Assembly: GCA_963703225.1 (NCBI GenBank)
Contig: OY969801.1
Location: forward strand, 2,272,001-2,336,000
DNA: 64,000 nt
Reading direction: 5' to 3'
Origin: Candidatus Eiseniibacteriota bacterium
GTDB taxonomy: Bacteria; Eisenbacteria; RBG-16-71-46; SZUA-252
Each line of letters begins with the position of its first letter. The stretch's first letter is position 1. Made by a program: the position numbers and the translations under genes. Under the pieces are notes generated by a model. It ran no database searches. It was not told the origin of the DNA and saw nothing but the letters and a program-made list of their open reading frames with translations. This document shows, piece by piece, positions 20,731 through 31,760 of the stretch.

Positions 20731-22801
20731 ATGCGCACACCGATCCTCGCCGTCACGTTATCCGTCGCCATCCGTATCGCCCTCAGCGCCCCCTGCGCGG
20801 TCGCCGCGCCCGAGCGGCTTCCCGCCGACACGCCGAAGACGACCGTCGCCGGAAACACGTTCGTCGCGCCCCAGGGCTGGTCGCTCCTCGTGCGCGGACC
20901 GGCGACGATCCTCGAGGCACCCGAAGGGGGCTCCTTCATCATCCTGGTAGACGTGCCGGCGAAGGACGCGACGACAGCCAACGTGGCGATAGCCGCCGCC
21001 TGGGCGGCCTACAAACCCGACGCGAAGTGGCCCCTCAAGGTCGTGACACCCATCGCCGACAGGGACGGCTGGACCAATCGCAGTGCGTACTCCTACCAGA
21101 CGTCCCCCAACGAGAAGCGCGACGTCGGCGCCGACATCCGACGAGCCAACGATGTGTGGACCGTCGTGATCTACGACATGACCCAGGCGATCGGGGAGAA
21201 GCGCGGAGCCCAGGTCGGTCTGATCTACGGGAAGCTCCTGCCGAAGGGACGAAGCCGGGAATCGTTCGCGGGCAGGAAGGCGAACAAGCTCGACGACGCC
21301 CGCCTGGCGGAGCTCCGGAAGTTCGTCGAGACCTCCATGAAGCTGACCGGCGTGCCGGGCGTCTCGCTCAGCATCTACCAGGACGGCAAGGTCGTGCTCG
21401 CCGAGGGTTTCGGCGTGCGCGAGCTCGGGAAGCCCGCGAAGGCCGACGCCGACACCCGATACATGATTGCCTCGAACACCAAGGCGCTGACGACGCTGAT
21501 GCTCGCACGACTGGTTGACGAGAGGAAGCTCGCGTGGGACACGCCGGCGGTCACGGCCCTGCCCTCCTTCAGGCTGGGTGACGCGGACGTCACAAGGAGT
21601 GTGCTGATCAAGCACCTCATCTGCGCATGCACCGGCATGCCGCGCCAGGATCTCGAGTGGCTGCTCGAATTCCAGGGCAACACGGCCGACTCCACGATGG
21701 CCGTGCTGGCGACGATGCAGCCGACCAGCAAGTTCGGCGAGCTGTTCCAGTATTCGAACCCGATGGCCGCGGCCGCCGGATTTCTCGGCGGACATGTGGC
21801 GTTCCCAAGTCTCGAGCTGGGCGCCGCGTACGACAAGGCCATGCAGACGCTGGTATTCGATCCGCTCGGCATGGGCGGGACGACCTTCGACTTCGCCACG
21901 ACCCAGAAGGGAGACGTCGCGACCGCCCACGCCCCCGATATTGACGGGAAGCCGGCGCTCGCGGAGGGGCGGACGAACCTGTCGATCGTGCCGGTGCGTC
22001 CGGCGGGCGGCGCTTGGAGCTCAGTGAACGACATGATGAAGTACGTGGTGATGGAGCTTCGCGAGGGCGAGTTACCCGACGGCAAGCGGTACATCTCCAA
22101 GGACGCGCTCCTGGCGCGGCGCGCGCCGCAGGTCGCCGTCGGCACCGATGTCACCTACGGCATGGGCTTGTTCGTCGACTCAACGTACGGCACCACCGTC
22201 GTGCATCACGGGGGCGACATGATCGGGTTTCACAGCGACATGATGTGGCTGCCCGAGCACGGGGTCGGAGCGGTGATCCTGACGAACGGCGATCCCGGCT
22301 GGCTCATCCGCTCGGTGTTCCAGCGCAAGCTGCTCGAGGTCTTGTTCGATGGCAACGCGGAGGCCGACGGGCGGATCGCGGCCAGCGCCAAGACGTTCTT
22401 CGACGAGCTGGCCGCGGAGCGCAAGCTTCTGACCGTGCCCGCCGACGCGATGGAGGCCGCCAAGCTCGCTCCGGCGTACTGGAACCCCGCGGTCGGGGGT
22501 ACCGTCGTTCGAAGGGAGGGCGCGGCGACGATCTTCGACTTCGGCGAGTGGTCGAGCGAGGTCGCGTCGCGCAAGAATCCCGGACGGCACGATCTCGTTC
22601 ATCACGATCGTACCCGGCTTCAACGGGCTAGAATTCGTCGTCGGCGAGAAGACCCTGACGCTGCGCGACGCGCAGCACGAGTACGTCCTGGCGGCGTCGC
22701 ACCGGCGTCCGCCGGCTCCAAGGTGGCGCCCGGTCTCGCCAGCCCGCCGCTGGCGCGATAGCCGACCTGGGGTGGGCGAAACCGCTGCTCTATCCGTCTG
22801 A
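20731..22801 (+). CDS. Exported serine hydrolase (beta-lactamase class C/PBP-like); apparent +1 insertion at ~22581; 3' end uncertain
   Basis: GGAGG SD, signal peptide, SxxK (ASNTK), YSN, HGG; C-terminus continues as NPDGTISF...LRDAQHEY in the shifted frame. Confidence 0.85.
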
Positions 22802-22812
22802 GCTACGGGGGC
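22736..22812 (-). pseudogene. Degenerate tRNA relic; 5' half resembles tRNA-Arg
   Basis: Minus strand GCCCCCG TA GCTC AGACGGATA GAGC A GCGGT TTC is a canonical acceptor 5' strand, D-arm and anticodon 5' stem; 3' half lacks GTTCRA and CCA. Confidence 0.6.
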
Positions 22813-22856
22813 GTGACGGGATCAGCGGGCTGCATCTCCCGCGGCGGCTTGTCCCG

Positions 22857-23360
22857 CTAGGAAGCCTTCTTCCGCTCCAGGTCGAACCGGAAGGTCACCA
22901 CCGTGTCCCCATCCTTGTGACTCCACTCCTGGACGAGATGGTCCTTGTCGGTGAACGTGAGGGTCAGCCCGTCCATGTGCGGCGACTTCGGCGTCGGCAG
23001 GTTGGTGACGTCGATCATCGTGAACTTCATCGACTTGGCGTTCCCTTCGCCGCGCATCCGAGGCTGATTCCCTTCCGCGCAGTAGTGGGTCATCATGACC
23101 TTGTCCCCATTGGGATAATAGACGGTGACCATGGAATGCTCGGTCCCGGGATCCATCCGCTCGATGAGCGCGGATCCTCCGGCCACCAGCTCATAGCTCA
23201 CCACCGTCCCCTTGTCGCCCTTGCCCACTTCGCGCCACTCGCCGACGAGCGCCTTGAGCGGATCGAACGACGTCGGGGTCTTGACCGCCGCCATGTGCTC
23301 CTCGTGCGCGAAACAGGGCGTGAACGCGAGGACCAGAATCAACGAGAGCAGCTTCTTCAT
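22857..23360 (-). CDS. Exported hypothetical protein with THYC..GNQPRM motif
   Basis: GGAGGAG SD, signal peptide MKKLLSLILVLAF, beta-rich LKALVGEW...QEW pattern. Confidence 0.75.
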   Translation of the reverse strand: MKKLLSLILVLAFTPCFAHEEHMAAVKTPTSFDPLKALVGEWREVGKGDKGTVVSYELVAGGSALIERMDPGTEHSMVTVYYPNGDKVMMTHYCAEGNQPRMRGEGNAKSMKFTMIDVTNLPTPKSPHMDGLTLTFTDKDHLVQEWSHKDGDTVVTFRFDLERKKAS

Positions 23361-23441
23361 CGGTCTCCTCCTTCCCGGTTGGGGGAAGGATTCTATCACC
23401 GCCATTGCCCGGCTCCCATGGGGGCCGGTATCCTCGAGTTC

Positions 23442-23969
23442 ATGCCCTCGATGCTCGTCGAATCCGAGGAGGACTTGGCGGAGATCGTCCGCTCGGCCCG
23501 CGTCGTCGCGGTGGTCGGGATCAAGGACGGCGCCGATCCCCAGGCGCCGGCCTACGCCATCCCCAAGTGGCTGCAATCGTTCGGCATCCGGATCATCGGG
23601 GTGAACCCCAAGTTCACCACGGTGCTCGGCGAGCGGGTCTACCCGAACCTGGCGTCGCTGCCCGAGCGTCCCGACATCGTGGACGTCTTCCGACGGCCGG
23701 AGTTCGTGGGCCCGCTGGCCGACGAGGTGCTCGCCCTGCCACCCGAGAGGCGCCCCGCCGTCTTCTGGATGCAGACCGGAATCCGGAACGAGGCCGCGGC
23801 GGAGAAGCTCGCGGCCGCCGGAATTCGAGTCGTGATGGATCGCTGCCTCGGCGTCTACGCCGACCGATATCGCAGCGCGAGCCTGATTCCCCCACCACCG
23901 ACTTTTCCGAAATCACCGCAAGGATCGGATAGACGCTTTGCCCCCCCACCCGTAGCCTTGTGGCCATGA
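23442..23969 (+). CDS. CoA-binding protein (YccU-like)
   Basis: VAVVG, GVNPK, LGERVYPNL, DIVDVFR, WMQTGI, VVMDRC; start uncertain. Confidence 0.85.
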   Translation: MPSMLVESEEDLAEIVRSARVVAVVGIKDGADPQAPAYAIPKWLQSFGIRIIGVNPKFTTVLGERVYPNLASLPERPDIVDVFRRPEFVGPLADEVLALPPERRPAVFWMQTGIRNEAAAEKLAAAGIRVVMDRCLGVYADRYRSASLIPPPPTFPKSPQGSDRRFAPPPVALWP

Positions 23970-23978
23970 GGTGCAGCC

Positions 23979-25090
23979 ATGAATGATAGCGTCCGAACGC
24001 GGGTGGCGGCCGACCCGGAGCGCCTGAACGAGGCTCGGTGGCAGGCCGTCCTGGCCCGGGACTCCCGGTGCGACGGCTTGTTCGTGACCGGGGTCCTGAC
24101 GACCGGGATCTACTGCCGGCCCTCCTGCGCCGCGCGGCAGCCCCGAAGGGAGAACGTTCGGTTCTTCGAGAGTCCGGAGGAGGCCGAGCGCGCGGGATTC
24201 CGCGCCTGCCTCCGGTGCAGGCCCCGGGATTCCGCGAGCGCGCCACGCCGGGACGAGCTGGTCCGGAGAGTCTGCCGCCACCTCGAGGAAAACGGGGAGG
24301 ACCGCGTAACCCTTTCGGCGCTCGCTCGGGAGTTCGGGATGAGCCCCTACCACCTTCAGCGGGCATTCAAGAAAGCTATCGGTATCTCGCCTCGGCAGTA
24401 CGCCGACGCGCTCAGGCTCGGACGGCTCAAGAAACGGCTTCAGGGAAAGGAGACGGTCACGATGGCGATGTACGAGGCGGGATACGGATCGAGCAGCAGG
24501 CTCTACGAATCATCGACACAGCGGCTCGGCATGACCCCCGGCGCCTACCGGGAGGGCGGGCGCGGAGTGGAGATCCGCTACGCGGTGGCGAGCACGCCGA
24601 TCGGGCGGGTCATGGTCGCGGCCACCGAGCGCGGCATCTGCAGCGTGCGGCTCGGGAGAGCCGGAGCGGAAAATGGCCGCGGAGCTGGGGCGGGAATTTC
24701 CGGCCGCCGTCGATCCGGCGGGACCGAAACGGCATGAGCGGCTGGATCCAATCGCTCGCACGCCACCTCGAAGGAAGAGAGAAGCGCTTGGACCTGCCCG
24801 TCGACGTGCGGGCCACCGCGTTCCAGTGGCGGGTCTACGAAGCGCTCCGGGCGATCCCCTACGGCGAGACCCGGACGTACAAGGAGGTGGCGCAATCGAT
24901 CGGGAAGCCGAAGGCCGCGCGCGCGGTGGGCCGCGCCTGCGCCACCAACCCGGTTGGGATCATCATTCCCTGCCATCGGGTGGTCCGGGAGGGGGGCGGG
25001 CTCGGCGGCTACGCGTGGGGGCTCAAGCTCAAGAGGCAGCTATTGGAGACGGAGCGTCGAGGAGCTGGACGAGCGCGGCGGCGCTCGTGA
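23979..25090 (+). CDS. ada: Bifunctional Ada regulator/O6-methylguanine-DNA methyltransferase; two apparent +1 insertions (~24655, ~24708)
   Basis: [10 protein letters not shown] and FRACLRC Zn site, AraC HTH, then TAFQWRV...[12 protein letters not shown]...PCHRV in another frame. Confidence 0.9.
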
Positions 25091-27141
25091 CCGGCGCCTT
25101 GCAGGCATAGTTCTCGCAGACGTACGCGGTGGCGTGCGCCCCCCACCGGCTTCTGCTCCTTCACGAAGGGCGCGACCGCGTGAAGAATCTTGGCGTCCTC
25201 CGACCGGTTCCAGAGCACGATCCGCCGCGGTAGGAATTTCGCGCTCACGGCCCGGACCATCGCCCACGCCTCGGGGTCGGCCGTTTCCCCCGCGATCACG
25301 ATCTCGCGCGTCGGGCCGAGGGCGAAATCGAGCGCCGCGAGGAGCTGGGTGTGGATCGAAGGGACGCGCGCCACCATCCCCGAGAAGGCGCGAAAGAGCG
25401 CGTCCGCGGCGCCCTCGAGCGCAGCCTCCCCCGTCACGCGGCCCAGTCGCAGCAGATTGAGCGCGGCGACCGAATTCCCGGATGGGGTCGCGCCGTCGTA
25501 GGCATCCTTGGCGCGAGCCAGAAGCGCTTCGCCGTCCGCGCCGCTGAAGAAGTATCCGCCTCCCTCCGAATCCCGAAAGAGCCGATCCATTTCCCGCGTC
25601 AACTTGAGGGCGGCGTCCAGGTGGCGCGCTTCGAAGGTGGCCTCGTAGAGCTCGAGAAGCCCCCACGCGAGGAAGGCGTAGTCGTCGAGGTACGCCGGGT
25701 AGGCTGCTTGGCCGTCGCGGTAGCGCGCGAGAAGCCGCCCATCCTCCCGCACCAGCTTGGATTCCAGGAACCGAAGCGCGCGAAGGGCGGCTTCCGCGTA
25801 GGAATCGTCGCCCAAAGCCCGCGCCGCCTTCGCCAGGGCGGCGATCATGAGGCCGTTCCATGCGGTGAGGATCTTGTCGTCCTTGTGCGGATGGACGCGG
25901 CGCTCCCGCGCCTCGAAGAGTTTCTGGCGCGAGGATTCGAGCCGACGGGCGACCTCTGCGGGAGCGATCCCAAGCTCCTGGGCCAGGGCCGAGGGGTCGC
26001 CGCTCAGGTGCGGGATGTTCGTGTCCGCGTCCTTTCCCGTGGCCTCGTCCCGCCAGTTGCCCTCGACCTCGATTCCGTAGGCGCGGCAGTAGATCGCCGC
26101 ATCCTCAGGACCCAAGAGCGCCTCGACCTCGGAGCGGGTCCAGATGTAGAACCGCCCCTCCTCCCCCTCGCTGTCGGCGTCCTCGGCCGAATAGAACGCT
26201 CCCTCCGGCGATGTCATATCGCGCATCACGTAGGCCGCGATCTCGCGCACCACGCCCGCGTAGATCGCGTTCCCCGTCGCCTGGAAGGCTTCAGCGTACG
26301 CGATCATGAGGAGGGCCTGGTCGTAGAGCATCTTCTCGAAGTGCGGGACCAGCCACTCGCGGTCGGTGGAATAGCGATGGAAGCCGAACCCGACGTGATC
26401 GTAGATACCCCCTCGGCGCATCGTCTGAAGGGTCGTCTCGACCATCTCGAGCGCGCGGCGGTCGCCGGTCCGGTGCCACCACCGCAGCAGGAACGTGAAG
26501 ACGTGCGCGGTCGGGAATTTTGGAGCCGAGCCGAACCCGCCGTGGGCCTCGTCGAATCGCCCCGCGAGCTGCTCGAACCCGAGGCGGAGCGTCCCTTCGT
26601 CCAGCGCCTCGCCTGGGCTCCCGGAGAACTGAGGTCGAATCGATTCGGTGATCTTGGAAGCCGCCTCGACGACCTGGTCCCGCTGCTGCTCCCATGCGCT
26701 CACCACTTGATAGAGAAGCTCTTTGAGTCCGAGCCGCCCGAAGCGAGATTCCGGAGGGAAATAGGTTCCGGCGAAGAAGGGGCGGCGGTCCGGGGTGAGG
26801 ATCACCGTGAGGGGCCAGCCGCCGCTGCCGGTGAGCGCCTGGCAGACCGTCATGTAGATCTGATCGACGTCGGGCCGCTCCTCGCGATCCACCTTGATGG
26901 GGACGAAATGCTCGTTCAGGATGCGCGCCACGTCCTCCTTCTCGAACGACTCCCGCTCCATGACGTGGCACCAGTGGCAGGTGGAGTAGCCAATCGAGAG
27001 AAAGATGGGGCGTTCCTCGCGGAGGGCGACATCGAACGCCTCGTCGCCCCAGGGATACCAGTCGACGGGATTCGAAGCGTGCTGGAGGAGGTAGGGGCTC
27101 TTCTCGCCAGCGAGACGGTTGGGCTTCTTGGCGCCGGTCAC
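25029..27141 (-). CDS. Thioredoxin-domain protein, YyaL/SSP411 (DUF255) family; apparent +1 insertion at ~25140
   Basis: [41 protein letters not shown]; corrected tail [14 protein letters not shown] ends at TGA 25029. Confidence 0.92.
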
Positions 27142-28244
27142 CCGACGCGCTCGATGACGCCACCCGCGACCACGCGGTCGCCGTCATAGAGCACCAGCGA
27201 CTGGCCAGGCGTCATCGCGCGCTGTGGCGTGTCGAAGCGGACGTCGGCGATGCCGTCGCCGTCCGGCGTCAGCACGGCCTGCGCGGGCTCGTGGAGGTAG
27301 CGGATCTTGCCCGTTCCCGAGACCGGCCCCGACGGGGCGATCCCGGCCGTATAGGAGACGCGCGCGATCCGGGCCTCGCGGCGGTAGAGCGCCTCTTCCC
27401 GGTCGACCTCCACCGTCCCGGTTACGGCATCGATCTTGGTCACGTAGAGCCGCTCGGCCGCCGAGACCTGAATCCCGCGCCGCTGGCCGATGGTGAAGGC
27501 GTGGATCCCGTCGTGCTCCCTCAAGGCCCGCCCCGAGCCGTCCTGCACCACGCCGCGAGGCGATGAGGCGAGTCGATCGGGGAAGCGCTCGCGCATGAAG
27601 TCGAGGTAGCTCCGCCCCTCGACGAAGCAGATGTCCTGGCTCTCCCGCTTGTCGGCCACCGAGAGGCCGTGCTCGCGGGCGGCGGCGCGGACCTCCTCCT
27701 TGGTCCAGTGACCGATCGGGAAGAGGGCTCGTGCGAGCACCTCCTGCTTCAGACCCCAGAGGACGTAGGACTGGTCCTTGGCCCCCTCGCGCGCCCGGAG
27801 CAGCGTGGCGCGCCCCTCCGCGTCCACTCCGCGTCTCGCGTAGTGCCCCGTCGCGACGTAATCGCAGCCGAAGCGCTCGGCCGCGCGGGCCAGCTCTCCA
27901 AACTTGAGCCAGTTGTTGCACTGGATGCAGGGATTGGGCGTGCGGCCCTTCACGTACTCGTCGACCAAATCCTCGATCACGTGCTCGCGAAAGGCGTCTT
28001 CCAGGTTCAGAACGTAGTGCGCGAAACCCATCCGACGCGCCACCGCGCGGCAGTCGTCGATCGCCTCGAGCGTGCAGCAGCCTCGGCTGGGTGACGGGCC
28101 CTCCGAGTAGCACCAGAGCTTCATGGTCACGCCGATCACCGTGTGTCCGCGCGCCGACAGCGCCGCGGCGACGACCGAGCTATCGACCCCGCCGCTCATG
28201 GCGACCAGAATGGTGGACGGATTCTCAGGGATGAAGTTCTGCAT
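27138..28244 (-). CDS. mnmA: tRNA 2-thiouridine(34) synthase MnmA
   Basis: [46 protein letters not shown]. Confidence 0.96.
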   Translation of the reverse strand: MQNFIPENPSTILVAMSGGVDSSVVAAALSARGHTVIGVTMKLWCYSEGPSPSRGCCTLEAIDDCRAVARRMGFAHYVLNLEDAFREHVIEDLVDEYVKGRTPNPCIQCNNWLKFGELARAAERFGCDYVATGHYARRGVDAEGRATLLRAREGAKDQSYVLWGLKQEVLARALFPIGHWTKEEVRAAAREHGLSVADKRESQDICFVEGRSYLDFMRERFPDRLASSPRGVVQDGSGRALREHDGIHAFTIGQRRGIQVSAAERLYVTKIDAVTGTVEVDREEALYRREARIARVSYTAGIAPSGPVSGTGKIRYLHEPAQAVLTPDGDGIADVRFDTPQRAMTPGQSLVLYDGDRVVAGGVIERVG

Positions 28245-28262
28245 GGGGCTCTTCTCGAAGGT

Positions 28263-29423
28263 CTACGACGCGAGGGTGGAAGTTCCGTGACGGAGCTTCT
28301 CGACGGCACCCGGCAGGACCTCGAGGACGCGGTCGATTTCAGCTTCGGTCGTCGAGCGGCCGAGGCTGAAACGGACGGCGGATTGGGCGATGCCCGCCGG
28401 AACCCCCATCGCGAGGAGCACGTGCGAGGGGTGCGATGAGCCCGCCTTACACGCCGCGCCGCTCGAGACGGCCACCCCCTTCATGTCGAGGGTCAGGATC
28501 AGGTGCTCTCCCTCCGCGCCGACGAACGAGATGTGCGCCGTGTTGCAGACGCGAGGCGCCCCGGCGCCGTGGCGGACCACTTGCGGCACGCGGGCTTCGA
28601 TTCCGGTCTCGAGGCGGTCCCGAAGCGCGCCGACCCTCTTGGCCGTCGCGCCCAAATCCTCGGCCGCCAGCTCGCACGCGCGGCCCAGCCCCACGATCGC
28701 GGGCACGTTCTCGGTGCCGGCGCGCCGGCCCTTCTCGTGCTCTCCTCCCACCTGGAGCGGCGTCGGCCGAAAGCCGCGCTTGATGTAGAGGGCTCCCGCG
28801 CCCTTGGGCCCATAGAACTTGTGGCCGGTGATGGTCAAGAGGGTGGTCTGCCACGCCGCGACGTCAATCGGGAGCTTGCCCGCCGCCTGGACCGCATCGG
28901 AGTGGAAGGCGATCCCCTTGGCGGCGCAGATCGCGCCGATCTCGGCCATCGGCTGGATCACGCCCGTCTCGTTGTTCGCGGCCATCACCGTGACGAGAAT
29001 CGTCCGCGGCGTGAGCGCGGCTTCGATCGCTTGCGGGCTCACGCGCCCGTCGGGGCCGGCCGCGACACGGGAAACCTCGAAGCCTTCGTGTTCCAGAAGG
29101 TCCACGGCGTGACGCACCGCGTCGTGCTCGATCGCGCTCGTCACCACGTGGCGACCCTTGGCCTGGAGGGCGCGCGCCGCCCCGATCACGGCCAGATTGT
29201 CCGACTCGGTGCCCCCGCTCGTGAAGACGATCTCACCCGCCGTGGCGTGAAGGAGCGCCGCGACCCGGGCCCGGGCCTCCTCGACGGCCCCCCGGCCCTC
29301 CTGGCCGTAGGCATGCGCGCTCGAGGCGTTTCCGTAGTGAACGGAAAAATAGGGGTGCATGGCCTCGAGGACTTCCGGGCGGACGGGCGTGGAAGCGTTG
29401 TGATCGAGGTAGATGCGCGCCAT
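28263..29423 (-). CDS. iscS: Cysteine desulfurase (IscS/NifS type)
   Basis: YLDHNAST, FTSGGTE, NNETG, HSDAVQ, HKFYGPKG, SSGAAC. Confidence 0.93.
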   Translation of the reverse strand: MARIYLDHNASTPVRPEVLEAMHPYFSVHYGNASSAHAYGQEGRGAVEEARARVAALLHATAGEIVFTSGGTESDNLAVIGAARALQAKGRHVVTSAIEHDAVRHAVDLLEHEGFEVSRVAAGPDGRVSPQAIEAALTPRTILVTVMAANNETGVIQPMAEIGAICAAKGIAFHSDAVQAAGKLPIDVAAWQTTLLTITGHKFYGPKGAGALYIKRGFRPTPLQVGGEHEKGRRAGTENVPAIVGLGRACELAAEDLGATAKRVGALRDRLETGIEARVPQVVRHGAGAPRVCNTAHISFVGAEGEHLILTLDMKGVAVSSGAACKAGSSHPSHVLLAMGVPAGIAQSAVRFSLGRSTTEAEIDRVLEVLPGAVEKLRHGTSTLAS

Positions 29424-29540
29424 GGAATCTCCGGTGGGTACGAAATCCACCCTCGGTGGACCGTGCAAGTCTAACAAAATCAAAGGGCCGGGGCAACGGC
29501 ACCCGGCCCATGGAAGACAGCGATCGTCGTCGATCGGGAT

Positions 29541-30410
29541 TTACTTGGTCTTCACCGAATCGCTGGGGGCGCTCGGCGCGGCCTCCTTCGGCGCCTCCTT
29601 TGCGGTCTCCGCCGTCTGACCCGCTGTTTCCTTGGTCTGAGTCTCCGCCGCCTTGGTCGTGGCAGCCGCCTTGTCGGTCGCCGGCTTGGCCGCAGGCGCA
29701 CTTGCCTTGGCGGCGGTCGCGGGCTTCTCCGCGGGGGCCTTGGCCATGGCCGCGCTTCGCGACATGATCTTCACGGTCTTGAGCGTGGTCCACTCGAGCG
29801 GCTTCGACTGCTCCCCGCCCATCATCGGATTCGGCCCGACGGGGGTCAGGGCAATCTCATTCAAGACGCTCATGCCGTCGATCAGGTGGCCGAACGCCGT
29901 GTACTTGCCATCGAGGAATGACGCCGGTCCGTGCATGATGAAGAACTGCGATCCGGCCGAGTTCGGGGTCCCGCTGTTCGCCATCGAGATGACGCCCGCG
30001 ACGTGCTTGTGGGAGTTGAACTCGTCCTTGATCTTGTAGCCGGGATCCCCCGTGCCGAGATCGGGGGCCTTTGGATTCTTCGATTTCGGATCTCCACCCT
30101 GGATCATGAAGCCCTTGATGATCCGGTGAAAGCCGGTGCCGTCGAAGTAATTTTGGCGCGCGAGCTTCTTGAAATTCGCGACCGTCTGGGGCGCTTCCTT
30201 ATCCCAGAATTCGATCACCATGCGTCCCTTGGTCGTCTCGAGCACCGCGACCTCGTCGACCGGAGTCGTCGCGGTCGTCTTGGCGGGCGTCGTTTCCTTC
30301 GCCGCCGGCGCCTTGGCCGCTGAGGCTGTATCCTCTCCCCAGGCGAACGAAGCCATCAGCATTCCCGTGGCGACGACCAGTCCCATCGTGCGAACAGGTG
30401 CGTGAAACAT
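29541..30410 (-). CDS. Exported cyclophilin-type peptidyl-prolyl isomerase with low-complexity tails
   Basis: FHRIIKGFMIQGGDP, SMAN, GSQFFI, LDGKYTAFG; signal peptide; GGAGG SD before ATG 30410. Confidence 0.92.
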   Translation of the reverse strand: MFHAPVRTMGLVVATGMLMASFAWGEDTASAAKAPAAKETTPAKTTATTPVDEVAVLETTKGRMVIEFWDKEAPQTVANFKKLARQNYFDGTGFHRIIKGFMIQGGDPKSKNPKAPDLGTGDPGYKIKDEFNSHKHVAGVISMANSGTPNSAGSQFFIMHGPASFLDGKYTAFGHLIDGMSVLNEIALTPVGPNPMMGGEQSKPLEWTTLKTVKIMSRSAAMAKAPAEKPATAAKASAPAAKPATDKAAATTKAAETQTKETAGQTAETAKEAPKEAAPSAPSDSVKTK

Positions 30411-30444
30411 CGATCCTCCTTGATTCGGGTATGTCCGATCCACG

Positions 30445-31701
30445 TCAATTCCCGCCTCGTTCCTTCGTCTTGAGAAGCCGGACGATGCGCCGCTGGCGTT
30501 CCAGCTCCCGTTTCGCCGGCTCCGCGTAGGCCGGATCGGTGAGGAGCGCTTCGAACACCGGAATCGCTTCCTCGTGACGGCCGAGTTTGTCCAGCGCCTG
30601 TGCCCAGCAATACCGGAGACACGCGCTGGCCGTGTCCCCCGCGAGCCCCTCACGCGCGACCTCGATCGCGCGCTGGTAGCGGTTGGACTCGTAGTAGGCG
30701 TTCGCCATGTTGCAGTAGACACCCTTGTAATTTTGCGGGTCCGCCCTGACCACCTCGCGATAGAGCTCCACCGCTCGATCCACCTTGTTCGATTTGGCGT
30801 ACGCCTGGGCCAGATAGTAGCGATCGACGGTGCCCAGGGAATCCCCGACCGCCTCGTAGTTCTTGATCGCGCCGGGATAGCGCTCGAGCTTGAAGTTGAC
30901 CCACGCGAGCTGCTTCTTGGCCGCGATGTCGAGCGGCGCCAATTGTAGGACCCGGTTGTACGCGGTCGCAGCCTCCGCGTAGAGCCCCCCGTGCACGGCG
31001 CACTCCGCGAGGCCCCGCGCCACCTCCACGTCCCTCGGAGCCAGCTCCACGGCCTTGTAGGCCGACGCCATCGCCTCGGGGGTCATCCCCTCCCGGGAGT
31101 AGGCCTCGCCCAGTCTACTGTAGGAGCGAGCCAGGACCGCGGGGCTTCCCTTGGAGAGCTGGACCGCTTCCATGCAAACGCTTTGCGCCTCGGCGTAGTC
31201 CCCAATCTCGATCAGGGAATGGGCCAGCGCCAGCCTCATGTCGACGTCCGCGGGCGCGAGCGCCACCGCCTGGCGGTAGGCCGTCGCGGCGCGTGGAAGG
31301 TCGCCGGTCGCGGCGTAGGCGTCCCCGAGCGCCCGGAACGCCGAGACCATCTGGGGAGAGACCCGGGTCGCGCGCTCCAGGTGCGGCAGAGCCTCGGAAT
31401 ACTGGCCGCGCGCCACCTCGACCTGACCGAGACCGGCGATCGCGTCGAGATTGTTCGCGTCGATCTCCAGCGCAAGCCGAAATTCATGCTCCGCGTCGTC
31501 GAGGAGGCCGCGCTTGAGGAGATCCGCGCCCGCCGCGATGTGACCCTTGATATCCACGTTGGGCGCCGCGCTGACCGAGGGTGCTCCAGCGCTCGTGTTC
31601 GGTGCGGCACTCGGCGGCGCGTGCGAAGAGCATCCCAGCGCCACACCGAGGACCATGAGGCACGCGGATCGAATCATTGCCGGTCGGAATGGCTCCCGCA
31701 T
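30445..31701 (-). CDS. TPR-repeat lipoprotein
   Basis: Lipobox VALG-C followed by multiple TPR motifs; start uncertain. Confidence 0.8.
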   Translation of the reverse strand: MREPFRPAMIRSACLMVLGVALGCSSHAPPSAAPNTSAGAPSVSAAPNVDIKGHIAAGADLLKRGLLDDAEHEFRLALEIDANNLDAIAGLGQVEVARGQYSEALPHLERATRVSPQMVSAFRALGDAYAATGDLPRAATAYRQAVALAPADVDMRLALAHSLIEIGDYAEAQSVCMEAVQLSKGSPAVLARSYSRLGEAYSREGMTPEAMASAYKAVELAPRDVEVARGLAECAVHGGLYAEAATAYNRVLQLAPLDIAAKKQLAWVNFKLERYPGAIKNYEAVGDSLGTVDRYYLAQAYAKSNKVDRAVELYREVVRADPQNYKGVYCNMANAYYESNRYQRAIEVAREGLAGDTASACLRYCWAQALDKLGRHEEAIPVFEALLTDPAYAEPAKRELERQRRIVRLLKTKERGGN

Positions 31702-31760
31702 GAGTGGATGCCTCCCTGGATCGAGATCTCGGGTACCGGCGCCGCGCCGGGCGATCAAGC

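Noticed and set aside
22736..22812. Functional tRNA with a CGC anticodon, or an intron-split tRNA
   Set aside because: No T-loop consensus, C at position 37, mismatched acceptor stem, no CCA, and no group I intron core or separate 3' exon nearby.
24600..24740. ada as a natural split adaA/adaB pair or programmed frameshift
   Set aside because: Two single-base removals restore one continuous Ada, there is no slippery heptamer, and the same error pattern occurs across the window.
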